From: Lama guanicoe
Taxonomy: Eukaryota
Direction: 5' to 3'
Assembly (NCBI GenBank): GCA_013239625.1
Contig: MU054323.1
Coordinates: 4,887,220-4,951,219 of the forward strand
DNA length: 64,000 bases
Each line of letters begins with the position of its first letter. Positions within the stretch are counted from its first letter, which is position 1. The notes beneath the pieces are model-generated. The model was not told where the DNA came from and searched no databases. It saw nothing but the letters and a program-made list of their open reading frames with translations. Below, one piece after another: positions 49,675-63,955 of this stretch. The translations under genes and the position numbers were made by a program.

Positions 49675-50504
49675 CCTGATCTCTTAAAAAATATCCATAC
49701 AGGAACCTGAGCGGGTACTATTTAGAAGGTCTATTCGAACACTCGAATCTCTCATTCAACGTGAAAACTACCCAGCAAGGAACAACCACACCACGTTGAA
49801 CCCCGCAAGTCTCCTAATCATATACATGAAGCAGGGGTCTGAGTGTCTGTCACATACTAGGTAGCCACAAATGGCAACTTTAAGTATTGTTATTTTCATT
49901 CGGTGGGACCCTCTTCTTTTTCAGGAAATACATAATGATACACATTGTGAAATATTAAGAACATAGAGCATGTAAAATTTTAATGCGCACACAAAAGTCT
50001 TTTACAACCTTCTCACTCACTAAGTGGTCCCACATTAAAATAAAATAAATCTTCACCCAAAGAGAAAGCACTTAAAATGTGCAGCCTTTTCAGATTTTAG
50101 TCCCCCAAAGAATTCATTTTTCTTAATAGTGTCAGATATAATAAAAAACCATCCGTTTCAAGGAAAAAATAATTAAAGCACTTAGCATGATGTTTTACTT
50201 TCAGTATTTAAAAATCAGCTATTTCTTATGATCAGTAACTGGGGATTCTATTAGACTTTATGGCACCAAATACAGATTCACACAATAGATACTAATGACT
50301 GGACTCTCAGACACTTGTTACTGAAGTCATAAATCAGGATCTCTGCCAAGAACTTACGTTCTTAAAATTACGCAGAGAATGCAAAATGATCATAAAGTTG
50401 GGCACACACAAAGAACACAGATCCTACCAAATCATGTCTTCCACGTGTCTCATTTCTTTCAAAGCCAGAACCATGCTTATATAGAAACAGCTTAGTTGAT
50501 TAGT

Positions 50505-50800
50505 TGTTCTTATCCATTCATTTCAATATATTCATTTATTTATATATGTATAGGGTGCATCCTATATACTAGGCACTATCCTTTGCACCAATGATTTTTC
50601 AAATTAAGTAAAAAGGAAAAAGGGTCCCCGTTCTTGTCCTTAAAGAGCTGACAAACTAATTAGAAACAATATAAAATAAAATGAGCATTGTTTGATGTGC
50701 TAAGGCAGTTTTACTGAAAGGGACACATAGTGAACACTGGGAAAGTATGTGCTGAAGGTGATCTGCAAAGGGTTCAGAGAGGATGTTAAAATGAACCAAT
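50505..50800 (-). mobile_element. L2 3' end
   Basis: attcattt...catcctatatactaggcactatcct...cttgtccttaaagagctgaca. Confidence 0.65.
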
Positions 50801-52372
50801 GGGATAAGAGGGAAAAACAAATCAATACAGAAGAGAAAGGCCGTATGAAGGCACTTTCCAGGTCTCTGCTGGTGGGAGGATATTTTAGGTCTGTGCTTCT
50901 CAATATGTTTTCTTTCAAGAACCAAAATCAGAAGCCCTTCAAGCACTTGGGCTTCACCCGGAACTGTTGGCTCAGAACCCTTAAGAATGTGGGCAAAACT
51001 CATGCTTAACTTGTACGCATGTAGGACTCCTCGTTTGCAATATCAGATGCACAGACGGTGCAGTGACCTATCACTGAGAGCTAACGGTAGTCTCTCATGA
51101 AGGTATTATCATCTTCTCCTTATAAACTACCACTTACAATGTCTTTTGTTCTCAATACAATCATTTCTAATTGTTTAAATGACCTTGAATTTTCATTTTT
51201 AAACAATAAAACTACAACGAAACAAATTCCTTTATCAAACATTGTTTACGATGACAGACATTTCTTAGGCTTTCTCAAATAAAATTAGATTCCTAAAATC
51301 TAGGTCATTTTCAGAAGTGTGTTAATTTTTCCACTCATTGCCACAGGGCGCAGAGAGATTCGAAGTGTTAGTCCTGGTTGGGGGCAGTTAGGTTTCTAGT
51401 GAGCAGAAGTACATGTGAGGTCATTGAACAGTATGCATGGTTATCGAAATTAGTCCACACCACTATCTCTATTACGATAATAGTAATAATAATAACCCCC
51501 GACCATTATTTGCATATCATATTTAAGATAAAATCTAGAATAACTTCAAGTAGAAACACCTGGCAATAATGCGCAATACCTGGCAGTAAATTTCAGCTGT
51601 TATCTATTACTCAATAATTTAAATCTGATTTTATCTCCCTGATCTAAATAACAAATTTCCTCTGAGTTCCTTCTTTAGAAGTCTTCTAATCTGCCTTCAT
51701 GTCAGTGATAAGCATGGACAGAGAAAATATTGTCCCATTACAGAAAAAATAAAAACAAAATAACAAAAAATGCCATATGTGGGCCAGATGCAGCCTTTAA
51801 ATGGCTGCTTAACTTTTCAACAAGGATTTGCCTTCTTAGCGTCCCTAAAAATCACCAGGTTCTTTAACTTCTTGAAGTACATTCTATGTTTTAGTTAAAA
51901 ACAGCTTCATCAAGGCTGTTATTTCTTCTTCCTATCTAATATTAATATATGCATACTCATATGGAGTGTATCAAAATTTGGGATAATTTTGTTCAATCTT
52001 CTTACCCTGATCTCCAACATAATCTGTAAAGTTAATAAGAAGAGTGAAAGGCACTGCTAAATTTTACTGATTACTTGGAAGTTTAAAACCTGCTTAAAGC
52101 TTTGTCATCAGAAATTTCTTGAGATACGCCATTTTTCTCTATCTGAAAGTTACAATAACATTTATTAAAACAGAACCATGTTTAACTTTGCTAATACTGA
52201 ATTTTTAGCATACTATCAATTCCTAAAAAACAAATAATAGTAATAACTAGCATATTTGCAATATAAACAGAAGTATATTTAGGGCAAGAAAGGTGTCTTT
52301 CAAATATATGCTCAGTTCTCTACATAATTTCAGATAGCTTCTTTCCAAAAGGACACAATCAAAAACCAAACA

Positions 52373-52876
52373 CAGATCTTCCTCGATTTACAATGGGGTT
52401 ACATCCCAACAAGCTCGTAGTAGCTGAAAATACCATTAGTCAAAAATGCATTTATTACACCAAACCTACCAAACATCACAGTTTAGCCTCGCTTACCTTA
52501 AACCTGCTCAAAACACTTACATTAGCCTACAGTTGGGCAAAATCATCTTACACAAAATCTATTTTATAATGAAATGTTGAATATCTCATGTAATTTATTT
52601 AATGTTGTACTGAAAGTGAAAAACAGCATGGTTGTCTGGGTGCGGAATGGTTATACGTGTGTCAGTTGTTTACCCTTGTGATCGCGTGGCTGACTGGGAA
52701 CTGTGGTTCGCTGCTGCCAGGCATCACAAAAGACCATTGTATTGCATAACACTAGTCTTGAAAAGACCCAAATAAAATATTCAAAGACACTTTCAACTGA
52801 ATGCATATTGCTTTTGCACCACTATATTGTCAAAAAAAACTGTTAAGTAGAACCATCATACATTGCAGACCATTTG
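52373..52876. mobile_element. Tigger5/MER47-like MITE
   Basis: cctcgatttacaatggggttacatccc...acacttacattagcctacagttgggcaaaatcatc; TA follows the right end. Confidence 0.85.
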
Positions 52877-53152
52877 TAAACAGCACAAATGATAGTTATT
52901 TTCACGCAAGCCGAAAGTACTGACAATATTTTATATTATTTAACAAAAAATGAAAGTTGGCCAAATAATGTTTCTTTGATTAATTCCAAAGATGACTATT
53001 ATGTACCAAAAATCCTTGTCAGCTATCCATGATATAAATATGAAAAATATAGTCCTTAAGCAGCTCAAAATCTAGTAGTGGGTTTAAAGAACCAGACTAA
53101 ATAACTCAGGTCATGAACTTGGAACTTCCTGGTACAGTGAACATCAGCTTTG

Positions 53153-53293
53153 CTTGTATTGTTTGTTTCTAATGAGGGGGAGGTAATTAGGTGTCTTCAC
53201 TGATTTCTGCTTAGGGGAGGTACTGGGGATTGAACCCAGGACTTCTTGGGTGTTGAGCATGCGCTCTACCACTTGAGCTATACCCTTCCCCCA
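53153..53293 (-). mobile_element. Camelid tRNA-derived SINE (Vic-1-like)
   Basis: ggaggtactggggattgaacccaggac...ctctaccacttgagctataccc; 13-bp TSD aacatcagctttg at 53140-53152 and 53294-53306. Confidence 0.9.
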
Positions 53294-54334
53294 AACATCA
53301 GCTTTGGAAACTGTTTTTCCCTCAGCTGTTGTAGGTACCTAAATTGCCCTACCCATGAGCATTTTGCTTCCTTTACATCAATAACATCATATTGCTAACA
53401 ATGTCCTTATTTTTTTTTCTTGGTGATATATACCTGTGATTTCTGTATGTCATGTCTCAAAATTTGTGTTCACTCATGAAGATGTGACAGGTAGCATGGA
53501 ACCTTGGCTCATTCAGCCTTTTATTAAGGTGAGAAGCACTGTGATGAATAAAATGCTAATCCAAGTTTGGTGATTCATGAAACATTTTTCACTACTTTCC
53601 AGCGCTATTTAAATTAGCTTATAACCATGTACATTCCCACACTTAGTCCAGATGTAGACCCAAAATAACCTCAAGAGCTCATAAACACTTTCATTTTCTC
53701 TTATCAGATCATCATGTTTTAGAATTCTGAAGTTCATGTTCTTATTCAAGGAATTGGAGTCAATTTAAAAAAAAACTACAAATGTAAAAAGCTTATAAGA
53801 GCCAGATGCGTTCAGATTAATCAAACTTTGAAACTGACTAGTAAAATTTTCTGAGGGAAAAATTTGAAGGGATAAGGAAAGTTGAGAAAGACATGCCTTT
53901 GTTTCTGTAGTTACAAGTTGGCCCCTTGAATGGAGAATACCAGTCCCTTGCTCTTGGCTTGTAAACACTGGGAGCACCTTCGTACCAGCTTACTTCCAGA
54001 GAGCCAGACAAGATTTGGCAGGTTCACAACAGCTATGAAATTATTATCCAATAAAATTTTCATTATTTGTTTACTTTTCTTGCTTATTGTCTTCTTTTGT
54101 TACCATTTAAACATTTTTGTTAGTATTTTAATTATGTAGGTTAGTTCATCCAAACTTTCACCTTCCTGACAAATTAGTCCAACCTCCTACAAAATAGAAG
54201 GGAGCATGATCTGTAGACTGAATAATTAGTGCCAGTGAAAAGAAGTCACAATTTTGTGAAGAAATTCGTGCCAGTGTGAGACTGGTAAGTACTATATATA
54301 CATCTTCTTTTTTCTTCAGTCCCAGAAAATCATC

Positions 54335-55760
54335 GCCATTAATTCATTCAACAGTTTTTTTATGGTGTATCTACAACATCCTAGGCAAATAATGAATAAT
54401 TCCAGACTTTTTGGAAAGTGCTATCATTAACATGAGAAGGTAAGGTGACAGAAACATCATGTCGGGGTGAAATGATTGAGAAAAGGTAGTTGTGGGTTTA
54501 GATGAAACAAAGGACGAGAAGGAGCCAGGCATGGAAGAATCTGTAAAGGCATCCCAATCCAGGCAAAGCACCTAGAAAATGCAGTCTCTGAAGTCAGAGG
54601 ACAGGCCGCGGCCAGGAGAGGGAGAGACAGTCCTGAGATAAGAAGGGAGAGAGATCAGGGCAAGATCAGCAGGACCAAGTAGGCAAAGAAAAGGAGTTTG
54701 GGTTTTCTCCTTACATGAGTGAGAAGCCCCTAATAGTTTTTAAACTGGAGCATCATATGATTTTATCTATGTTGGGAAAAATATCACTCAAGTTGTTAAG
54801 AAGAAAATGGATCGTAGTGGAGTAAACGTGATAGACCAATTAGGGAGCTCTAGGAATCATCTTAATGAGGTATGATTATTTCTGAAAATATGATCATAGG
54901 AGTAATTCTCAAGAAAGGGTGGATTCAAGGCATATTTTGTAAAGACACGAATGAGTTGTGAATAAATTTGATTTTGTGGGTGAGGTAAAGAGATGAATCA
55001 AGACTGCATTTCGGGTTTCTGATTTGACCAAGTTATTCAGTAATAATCAAATCATCATTGAGGAATAATGGCATCCTGAAAAGAGACAAAGAAGAAAAAG
55101 GGAGAAAGTATATTCTGGAAAATTTTCCAAATAAAAAGTTTTGCTCATGTTAACTCTGAAGCATCCAAATGTAGCTAAACAGTAGATAAGTTTGAAATCT
55201 TTAGTGGAGAAATCTCAGCTGGAGACATGAATTTTGCAGTTACCCCTCATGCAGATACTGGTCACAACTGGTAATGAATGGACTGCCTTAGGAGTACAAG
55301 TGGAAATAAGGAACAGCTCCAATTTGTTCCTGTTTTAGGCAAAGAGTCAAAAAGGAGAATGCGAAAAGACTGGGTGAGACAAGGACAGAAAAGCATCCAT
55401 TGACAAGAACACTTTCAGTGGCGTGATAAGGATGAAACAGTGCTGGAGGCCAGACTGACAGGGGGGGAAGTGGAAACACTGTGTGGGCGAAACTGTCTTG
55501 TTTATTTAAAGTGTTGTTCTAGAGGGGAGCAGAGAAATGGGAAGGTAGCCAGAGGGACAAGAGGAGACAGCAGACTTTTATTTTTTTAATTAATGAGATG
55601 ACTAAAGCATGTTTCTTTGCTTATAGAAATTGACAACAACAACAACAATAGAGCAGAGAGCGATGGGACAGAAGAGAAGAAATAAATGAAGGAACAACAT
55701 CCTTGACAAAGCAAGGAGGACTGAGATCCAGGGTCCAAGAGGAGAGACTGGCCCACCAGA
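54335..55760 (-). mobile_element. Long degraded L2 fragment
   Basis: aattcattcaacag start, then purine-rich L2-like blocks (aaggagtttgggttttctcc, ggattcaaggcatatttt, gaggccagactg). Confidence 0.7.
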
Positions 55761-56379
55761 GGGGTCTTTTTCATAGGACTTGAAGTATTTCTTTTCTAAA
55801 TTAGGTTTGAAAAGTCAGTTATCCAATATATTTGAAGGTTACCATTTCATGTTGAGGAAAATGTCCTTCAGTGTGGAAATGTAAAAGGCATTCTTTTTTT
55901 TTTTTTTTTTTCCTCCTCCAAGTACCCCTAAGGGAGAAGTGTGTTCTGGCTCACAAAGACCTACATTCGAGAGTTGCCTACATTCAAGGCAAGTAAGAAA
56001 CATGCTTGGAAAAATAATAAAGAATCCTAGGGGATTGTGCAGAGGAAAATCACCAGATTCTGCAATGAGACAAATGAAAGTTAGTTGGGTTCTTATTTAA
56101 CACCTGCATGATAAATCCAACTTGGTGACAGGCAGTAGTGCAAACAAAAGCTTAGACAAGAGCATGGCATCACTGTCCTTTCAAATAATACAAATGGCAA
56201 TTAAAAGGAAACCTCAACCTGAGTGGGCTCCAATAAGAAATGAAATCTACTAGAATCATGATACTCCAGGGACAACACTGAAGCACATCTTGGCTCACAG
56301 TTCAAACAAAGTGATCATGTCCTGCCCTTCTCTCCCTACAGAAATCTGTTTTGTTTTCTTAGTGTTGTCTCAATTCTCA

Positions 56380-57400
56380 AGCATTGTACAAAACTCTTTT
56401 TAATGCTCATTAGAAACACTAGAAAGAAAAAAGACAAGCAACAAGCTGGGAGAAGGCATGTAACCAACTAATAATTTCTAAAATGTACCACTACTAAACT
56501 CCAGAAGAAAAAAAAATTGTAAAAGTCATGACTGGGCAGTAGTAACTAGAATAAGAAAAATGGTTCAAAAATATTGAAGTTGTTTCATAGCATTAAAAAT
56601 AAGGAAATCCAAAATGAAATTACATTAAAGCCTTTGTACTAGAATGACTAAAGTTAAAATGTGATGGCGAGGACCTGGACCAATGGAACAATGGAAATTT
56701 CCCCCTTGCTGGGGGTGGGGGTGGGGGTGGTGTAAATTGTCACATTTACTTTGGAAAAGAGTTTGACATCACTTAGTAAAGCTGAAAATGCTCATATCTA
56801 TACATGGCCTTTTTATACCCAGATATGCATCCTAGAGAGAGTGACACCAGGACTCATGTACAAAATGTTCGAAATAGTAATAATGATGGAAAAGTTTATC
56901 AACAGTAGATTAGATAGATAGATAGATGATAGATAGATAGATAGATAGGTAGATAAACTGTAGTATATATTCCATTTATTTAATACACCATTATAAAGCA
57001 GTAAAAATAAATGAACTATAGCAGGCCAGTCACAAAATGTATCTCAAGAATGAAATGTTGGAAAAAGTAGCTGGTCAAAGGGAACACATAATATATAAAT
57101 CTATGTATGTAAAGTTCAAAGTGGGCAAAATTTCACCAAATATTTTAGGGATATATACATATATATTAGAACCCCACAGATATATAAGTAACAGCATAAC
57201 ATTTAAGGAGGCAGTCATCCCTGTGAATAGGTGGGTAAAGAGGATGAGATAATATGGGAGGACTTCTACTTCATTGGAAAACTTTTATTTGTTAAACTTA
57301 GTGTTGGAGACGTGCATACTCAATTTTATTATTTTACTCTACTATGCATATTGTATACTTTTCAGTATGGATGATATATTTCTCAATAAAAAGTTAACCA
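56380..57400 (+). mobile_element. Old L1ME-like 3' region
   Basis: tgtaaattgtcacatttactttggaaaagagtttg...aaagcagtaaaaataaatgaactatagc...ctcaataaaaag. Confidence 0.7.
56906..56955. repeat. (GATA)n microsatellite
   Basis: Seen directly. Confidence 0.95.
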
Positions 57401-59230
57401 GATGAAGTTAACCAAATCATTATACACCTAAGATTCTAATTATATTTGTAACGCCAGTGATGTGCTGTGAATCTGGTGTGCTTATGCATAACTTTTGCAA
57501 AATTCTTGGCAATACATACCCAGAGCTATAAAAATGCTCTTTCCTTTTGACCTCATAATAATATTACTTGCATTTTGTTATAAAGAAAAAAAATACGGAA
57601 ATTAAGCTCTTGCTTCTCTCTCCAAATGCATTTTCCACTGCTCTAACTTAGATGTTCTAGACTGTCACACTGAACAACCTGCTCCTTTCATTTTATCTGT
57701 ATTTTCCTATAAGCTATGAACCTCCACAAAAATCATACTTAATTTCTTCAGAATGGATTCCCTACCCACTTTGTCTTCCTACTAAATTCTTCAGGACTCA
57801 GTGAAGATGCCTTTTTTTTTTTTTAACGTCCGCTGTCTTCCATCCATATATCATGGTTAAGTTTCCCTCCATTGTGGTTCCATATTTGTATATCCATCTA
57901 TTATGGCATGGTTCATGTGATTTCCTATGAGACTGTCAGCTCTAGGAAGACAGGTAGTAGTTTATTCACATCTGAATCTTTTCCCAACAGTCTATATACT
58001 ATAAAAAACTGCTTAATGAAGATTTGTTAGTTGAAAGGGAACAGAGATGACATATTCACAACAGCATTGGTTATCGTAACAAAACTCACAACAACCCAAG
58101 CATCTACTGATGGGGGAATGATCTGTTAATCAGAGCGTATCCATTTGATGAAGGATCATGCACTCATTAAAATGCTATTGTAAACTCAAATATATTAAGA
58201 TACTGGAAAAACTAAAATGATATGATGGTAACTAAACTAACTCATGAGAAAGAAGGAAATTTTATTGAATATCTATATGAGAACTATGTAAAATATATAT
58301 ATGTAAACAGGAACTGGGAGGCAAAATAAAATAGCCTAAATATGACATATTTATATATATTTATACTCACATAAATATGAAAATGATTGTGGATTCTTTG
58401 TTGAAATTTCTTCTTCATGATAATTTTTTTTTAGAAATTGCATTTTAAAACGTCATATTTTTAGACACAATTGACTGAGGTTTTGATTCACATAATATGA
58501 TGGCCTTATTCAGGGCAATATTTATTCCCTTCTTAGCACACTGCTCAATATATACACTGGAAGCCAAAAAAGTGGCTTTAGATGGACAGTATGAAGCAAT
58601 TTCTAACTCCAGTCAATCAAGTGATAATGACTTTTTTAACAACAAGCATTCAGCAATGAATTTCTAAGAATAATCCTAGGTTACCAACTAGTAAAGTAAG
58701 GGAAAATGTAAAAAAAAAAAGAAACCTGTCAAAATGCATAATTATAAACCATAAGGATTTCATAGAATTGTAAGATGTTCGATGAATCACCCAACGGGAG
58801 TATCTGTGATTGCACTAATTACTGTCCCTTCCTGCAGTAACAGGCAGCATGTGAGACTGCTTTCCACGTGGAAGCGTAAATGTAAACACAAGTGAGTTGG
58901 GGGAGTTGCTCCAGGCTCTCCTAGTTTTAAGAACTCCTCAGGAGGCTTAAATATATAGCCCAGGTTGAAAACTCCTTGCTTAGGACATGGAAATAAGTTT
59001 TAAGGTTACCTAAAGCTTAGTGAAAGAACACACATTTTATTTTAAATGTATCATCACATGTGGTATCTTCCGCCTAACAATGGGCAATCAAAGGCTCTGA
59101 AAATCAGGTCATTTAAGTACCTGGTTGTGGTGCTTGAATTTAACAGGTCTGGAACCAGTTTCTCTCTCGTCTTTGTCCTCCAGCACTAAGCCAGTGTCTC
59201 TTAACCCACTGTACTTCACTTCAGCACACA

Positions 59231-59337
59231 TTTTTTTTCCAGGTTTATTAAGGTGTAACTGACAAATAAAACTGTAAAATATTTGAAGTGTTTAACACAA
59301 TGATTTGCTACACGTATACATTGTGAAAGGATTCTCT
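59231..59337 (-). mobile_element. Very short L1 3' end (L1MA-like)
   Basis: T-run followed by tttattaaggtgtaactgacaaataaaactgt...cgtatacattgtgaaaggatt. Confidence 0.8.
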
Positions 59338-59369
59338 GCTGGCACACTTTCAATACTAATTCAGACTCC

Positions 59370-59960
59370 CTAACTCCAATCTCTGAAGTTGAATCCATCC
59401 TGAATCCCATTACCAAGTGAGCCTGCCTTGGGCATAAGCCTGCTCACGAATCTTCAGTAGGTCCCCATTGATTACTAACAAAGCTCCAGACCCTCAGACT
59501 GCCACTTAAGACCCCTGACTGCCCAACCCTAGACGATCTCCCCCACCTTACTCTTTTATTTTCCTTCATAGCCCCTACATTGCAATCAAGCCACCTGATA
59601 GTTTATGTATCTGTCCCTATCCTTTCCCACCTATGTGCTTTTTAAAAAAAAAACTTCTTCACAGACTGCATCTAACTTACACAAATTCATACCCCACCCA
59701 TCCTCCAATTCCAGCCAAATTTTGTCTATTTTCCAGGCTCTTCCTGATGTCTCTCCCATTTAAAAGTCTACATAACCAATCCAACTAATGTAATGATTTG
59801 TACCTTTATACCCTGTAACCTTTTACCTTCAGAGTCATTATCATCTTATTACCTATAGAATATACAAGTACTTTAAAAAGATGGCATTTCTGTCTGATTG
59901 ACTGGCTTATTTCCTTCAGCATCTGGCAACTGTTTATTTCCTAGGAAGTTTCATTAATTA
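59370..59960 (+). mobile_element. L2 fragment
   Basis: cttcagtaggtccccattg...gctccagaccctcagactgccacttaagacccc. Confidence 0.55.
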
Positions 59961-60512
59961 GTATATGCATTAGAAAGACTTGATGTTTCCAGGAAACTCT
60001 ACGAAACCAGATAAAATACTTTATGCCCTTGCCCCCCTCCCCCACAATAACAACAAAATTTCCCCTATGTGTTCTGTCTGGCTCTATATGTTATTGAAAT
60101 ATTCAAGACTGCACCAAGTTCTCTACAAACATGCAGCAGATTCTAGAGAAACAAAAATAAATAAGACCTGTCACCTTGGGAAGCTATAACAAAAATACCA
60201 GAGTGCATATTTTAGGGATGGAGATAAGCAAGTAAACACACATTTCATAATATTTACAAATTTTTATTATATCTAATACGAGATATGCACGCATTTCCAC
60301 ATTTCCACAGGAGTACAGAAGAAGTGATCTTAATTTAACTGAGATCTTTAGTAATGCTTAGCTGTGCTCTACTGGGTCCTGAATAAGTAGTGATGGGATT
60401 TCTTCTCCGCCATCTGTTTAGTCTCACCCCAAGCTGACCTACCCACCCTGGCTGTCACTTATGTTTCTTCCCGGAATCCATTTCCCCCACTTCTGTCTCT
60501 GCACTCACTTAC

Positions 60513-60589
60513 CAAACATGATCTAGGTCACCAGAGAGAATCAGTTCAGTTCCGTGTAAGCTGGTCAGCCATAAATCACTGATTTTGAT
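60513..60589 (-). other. Candidate 77-nt internal exon of an unidentified transcript
   Basis: Acceptor ccttcctcttcag|, donor TTG|gtaagt; one open frame (IKISDLWLTSLHGTELILSGDLDHV). Confidence 0.3.
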
Positions 60590-61963
60590 CTGAAGAGGAA
60601 GGTGGATGTACATTTATTTTTTTCTGCATTCTTTAGAAGAGGGAGCACTTGTTACGCACTGTAATTCTGACCATGGAGTGATTTTCCATCATTAAATGTC
60701 TCTGCCCCAGGCTTGAGGAATGTTCAAAAGAGGAAACAGCATCCTATTCTTTGGACACCAAGACTCTTCAAAAATATCTATTTCTCTTTACTATTTTTTC
60801 ACCAAATCCTCTGAAGGTCTCAAAAAACCCAAAAAGCCCTGCTCCAAGTTTTCTCCACTAGGAAAATACCAATTTTAAACCACTTAATTACCAATCAATC
60901 TTAAGTAAGTCAAGCAAACACAACATCTGACCCAATTTGTTTAGAAACCCATTCATTCAGCCGTGTGGCTTCTCTGCCATGCAGGAGTCCTGTCAGGCTG
61001 GAATCAAGAAAAAGTCTTATCGAATTTTAATGTTGAACTAATGTTGCTTCTGCAGTCGCCTGCATTAGAGGGGTGACGGGGAGTCCAGGAAGGAAGTGAA
61101 AAATGGTCTTTCTCCCTCTCACATTTTTTTCATTTGCAAAGAGTTCAAACGTTCAATCTGTCCTTTCTATGAACCTACTATTTATGGCAACCTTTTTTAA
61201 CCTATATATAATGCATGAAGAAATCTAGGCAGAATAATATTGCATGTAGGCATTCATATGACTGATTGCGTTGAACCCTGAAAGCTTTTGGATGTCAAGA
61301 TCACAATATTGTGAGGTCCCCAGCTAACTCCACCTGCTAAGGCAACTCTTAGCTACCCTTAGAAAAATTACATATCAATTTATAGTATGGAACTTCAAGT
61401 GCGGATTCTGTCTCGATCTAGAGAACTTATATGTCTTCCTCGTTTCTCTGCATCATTTTTCATAATATAAAGCCTTCTACAGGGTTTCATTAATGCTTTC
61501 AATTGAATGACAGCGTCTATAAATTTGGGCAGTGATTTAAAGAGCATCTGTGGCATCTGAACTGCAGGAAATGCCATAAATGAAAACCGATTTTCTCACT
61601 TCCTCTTTCCCAGTTATTACAATAGCTAGTTCTTTTTCTTAACTCCAATCGCATACGCTACTCAGACCAAAGAAAATTAAGATGAGGAGTAAGCAAGACC
61701 AGTATAGAAGTACTAATATTCTTCTATATTAGTAATCTCCAGCTCTGCGTCAGTAGTCAGGGCACGGGAACCTTCATTTCTCATGCCTTAGTCATAAAAA
61801 TGACTGAGATCAATGGAAATGACTCACAATAATCTGCTTAGACTGTTTAACTTCGCTATTATATTTCCAATGTGTCCTGAAGTGGATTTGGAACAGCTCG
61901 ACCTTCACGCCTCTGTTTCACCACTTCCGGGAGCTGTTACTTGTTTTCTGAGAGAGGATCCAT

Positions 61964-62370
61964 TGCCTAAGTTTGGGTTCATCCAAAAATAGAGCTTTAC
62001 ACAGTTGCTTGGGTACAGGTAGTTTATTTGGGAGTAGGAGCAGCAGAGCAAGGAGAGCAAGAAAGGGAAGGAGAAAAATCCAAGAAAGTTACCACTGAAG
62101 ACTACTGGGTCTCAATCTCACAGGGAAATGTCTGAATAACTCTAAAAAATATAAGCTAAAAGAGTCCCTTGAAAGACCTGTATACTCAGCCGTTTATCCA
62201 CCAAGCCCTATCCCACACAGTTTAAAGTTGTCCTCCAAGACCACTGACTTCCTCCCACTTCCAGGTTGCCCAGCAGGCATGACAGCGGGCTAACCACGTT
62301 CCTAAGCCTTTGGGGATAAATTCCTGGGGTTAAAAATAACACATAGGTGGCGCTCTGACATATATCTGAA
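61964..62370 (-). mobile_element. ERVL LTR (LTR16-like)
   Basis: tgcctaagtttgggttc...caggtagtttatttgggag. Confidence 0.65.
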
Positions 62371-62436
62371 ATCAAAGATGTATTAAGGAGATGTCTTAAG
62401 TATCACACAAATTATATGTTATATCCATGGATCTAC

Positions 62437-62645
62437 CAGGGTTTCTCAAACTTAGCATAATGACACTTGCGGCCTGATAATTTGTTTTTGGAGGCTGCCT
62501 TGTACATTGCAGGATGTTAAGCAGCATCCCTGGCTTGTACCCACTAGAGGCCAGTTAGACTCCCCCAATTGTGACAACCAGAAATGTCTCTGGATACTGC
62601 CAGACGTCCTCTGGATGGCATAATCACCCGTGATTGAGACCACTG
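62437..62645 (+). mobile_element. MER20 (hAT-Charlie MITE)
   Basis: cagggtttctcaa...cattgcaggatgttaagcagcatccctggc...gtgacaaccagaaatgtctc...gagaccactg. Confidence 0.9.
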
Positions 62646-62779
62646 ACCTGAAGCAATTTACTGCAAAGTGATTGGAGATATAGCTTTGATTGTCTAGCAT
62701 GCCAGAGAAACACACAGAGAACCCAGGTTACAGATAACCCTTCAGGAAGCTCCCACCATCACAAAAACATAATAGGATC

Positions 62780-62960
62780 AATCCATTTATTCATTCATTC
62801 TGTTTTTTTTTTTTCATTCAAAACATCCGTTTAGCATCTGCTATGTTCCAGGCACAGTCATTTAAGGCCCTAAGGATATTATTTTGAGTAAGAAAGAGAT
62901 TTTGCCCTGATTTTGGACAGCCCACAAATTAGTGGGGAAAATGACACTGGAAGAGCCAGT
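62780..62960 (-). mobile_element. L2 3' end
   Basis: ttcattcattc...tttagcatctgctatgttccaggcacag. Confidence 0.7.
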
Positions 62961-63124
62961 AAAGTGGGTCAAGTGCAATGGTGTTGATGGCAATTTTGTA
63001 ATCAGTTTTAGCAGAAAACGTTAGAGCCACGGAAGATGACCCCTCAAGGAAGTCGGGACCACGAGGGAATTAGACAACGGCTGAAGTCAAAAGTCAAGAA
63101 TTGAGCACAAGAAAACCACTTAGC

Positions 63125-63330
63125 AGTAACAATAATAATCTTAGATAGTGCTAGGCTAAGTGTATTATAAATGTTTTGTTATGTTGATTGCTTTAATTCT
63201 TAATGTTGTAAGATGAGTACTGTTATAGTTGTTTCACAAATAAAGAAACTGTGGATAGAGAAGTATAGTAAATTGTCCAGCCTCAGGTGAGTAACAGAAC
63301 AGGCACAGCCTAAATTCAGAGTTGTACCTG
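63125..63330 (-). mobile_element. MIR SINE
   Basis: tttcacaaataaagaaactgtggatagagaag...aattgtccagcctca. Confidence 0.65.
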
Positions 63331-63955
63331 AAATGATGATAGAAAACCACCTAAGACAACTGCAGTCACCCTTCTCTCTTTGCTCCTCATACAAAATGCT
63401 GCCCTAAATGTATGCGTTCTAACCAAGATCTAGGTACACTAATCTTTTTTTCATACAATTCACTTTCTCTAGTATCAATTCGACTTACAGAATTTTAGTC
63501 TCAGATGGCAGGAATTGTAAGAAAGAATAAAATGAGACACACCTTAATTATGCAATATCTATGTTTCTGTAGTAAATAGTGCAATGGTCTGAATATGATT
63601 ATATAGTTTATAAGTCAAACCAGGACACTGTCAAGGGTGAAAGCAGACACTATTGAAGACTGGGACAGTTCGTATAAATGTCACCTATCACGGGTAGTTA
63701 GTACTGTGATCACCCTGTGGATTGTAGCCTATGGATTGCCCACCTCAGGTCTGACAGTTGCAAGAAAGAACAAGATGCATTTTGCAAAGCCCAGAAAAGC
63801 TTTGGTGACTCTGTGTTTTCTATATAGGATTAAGTAATTAAAACATTATTTTCCCTAATTCAGCCCTAAATCCTTCTGAAGCCTCATCTGCCACTGATTT
63901 GTTTCACATTCCCCACTCCAAATCATTAAATCTCATAGAGCTCTTCAGAACTTAC

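Noticed and set aside
49755..49800. 9-bp inverted repeat ttcaacgtg/cacgttgaa
   Set aside because: Too short to exceed chance; no TSD or extended stem
48272..53293. The two tRNA-like sequences with A and B boxes as functional tRNA genes
   Set aside because: They have SINE bodies, A-rich tails and TSDs, so they are SINE copies
56711..56730. G-quadruplex-like GGGGGT repeats
   Set aside because: Only three full G-runs plus GG, inside a decayed L1; a common low-complexity feature
1372..63837. The short (60-126 aa) ORFs of the six-frame track as real genes
   Set aside because: None resembles a cellular protein I recognise, many lie inside repeats or begin at non-ATG codons, and ORFs of this size are expected by chance in mammalian non-coding DNA
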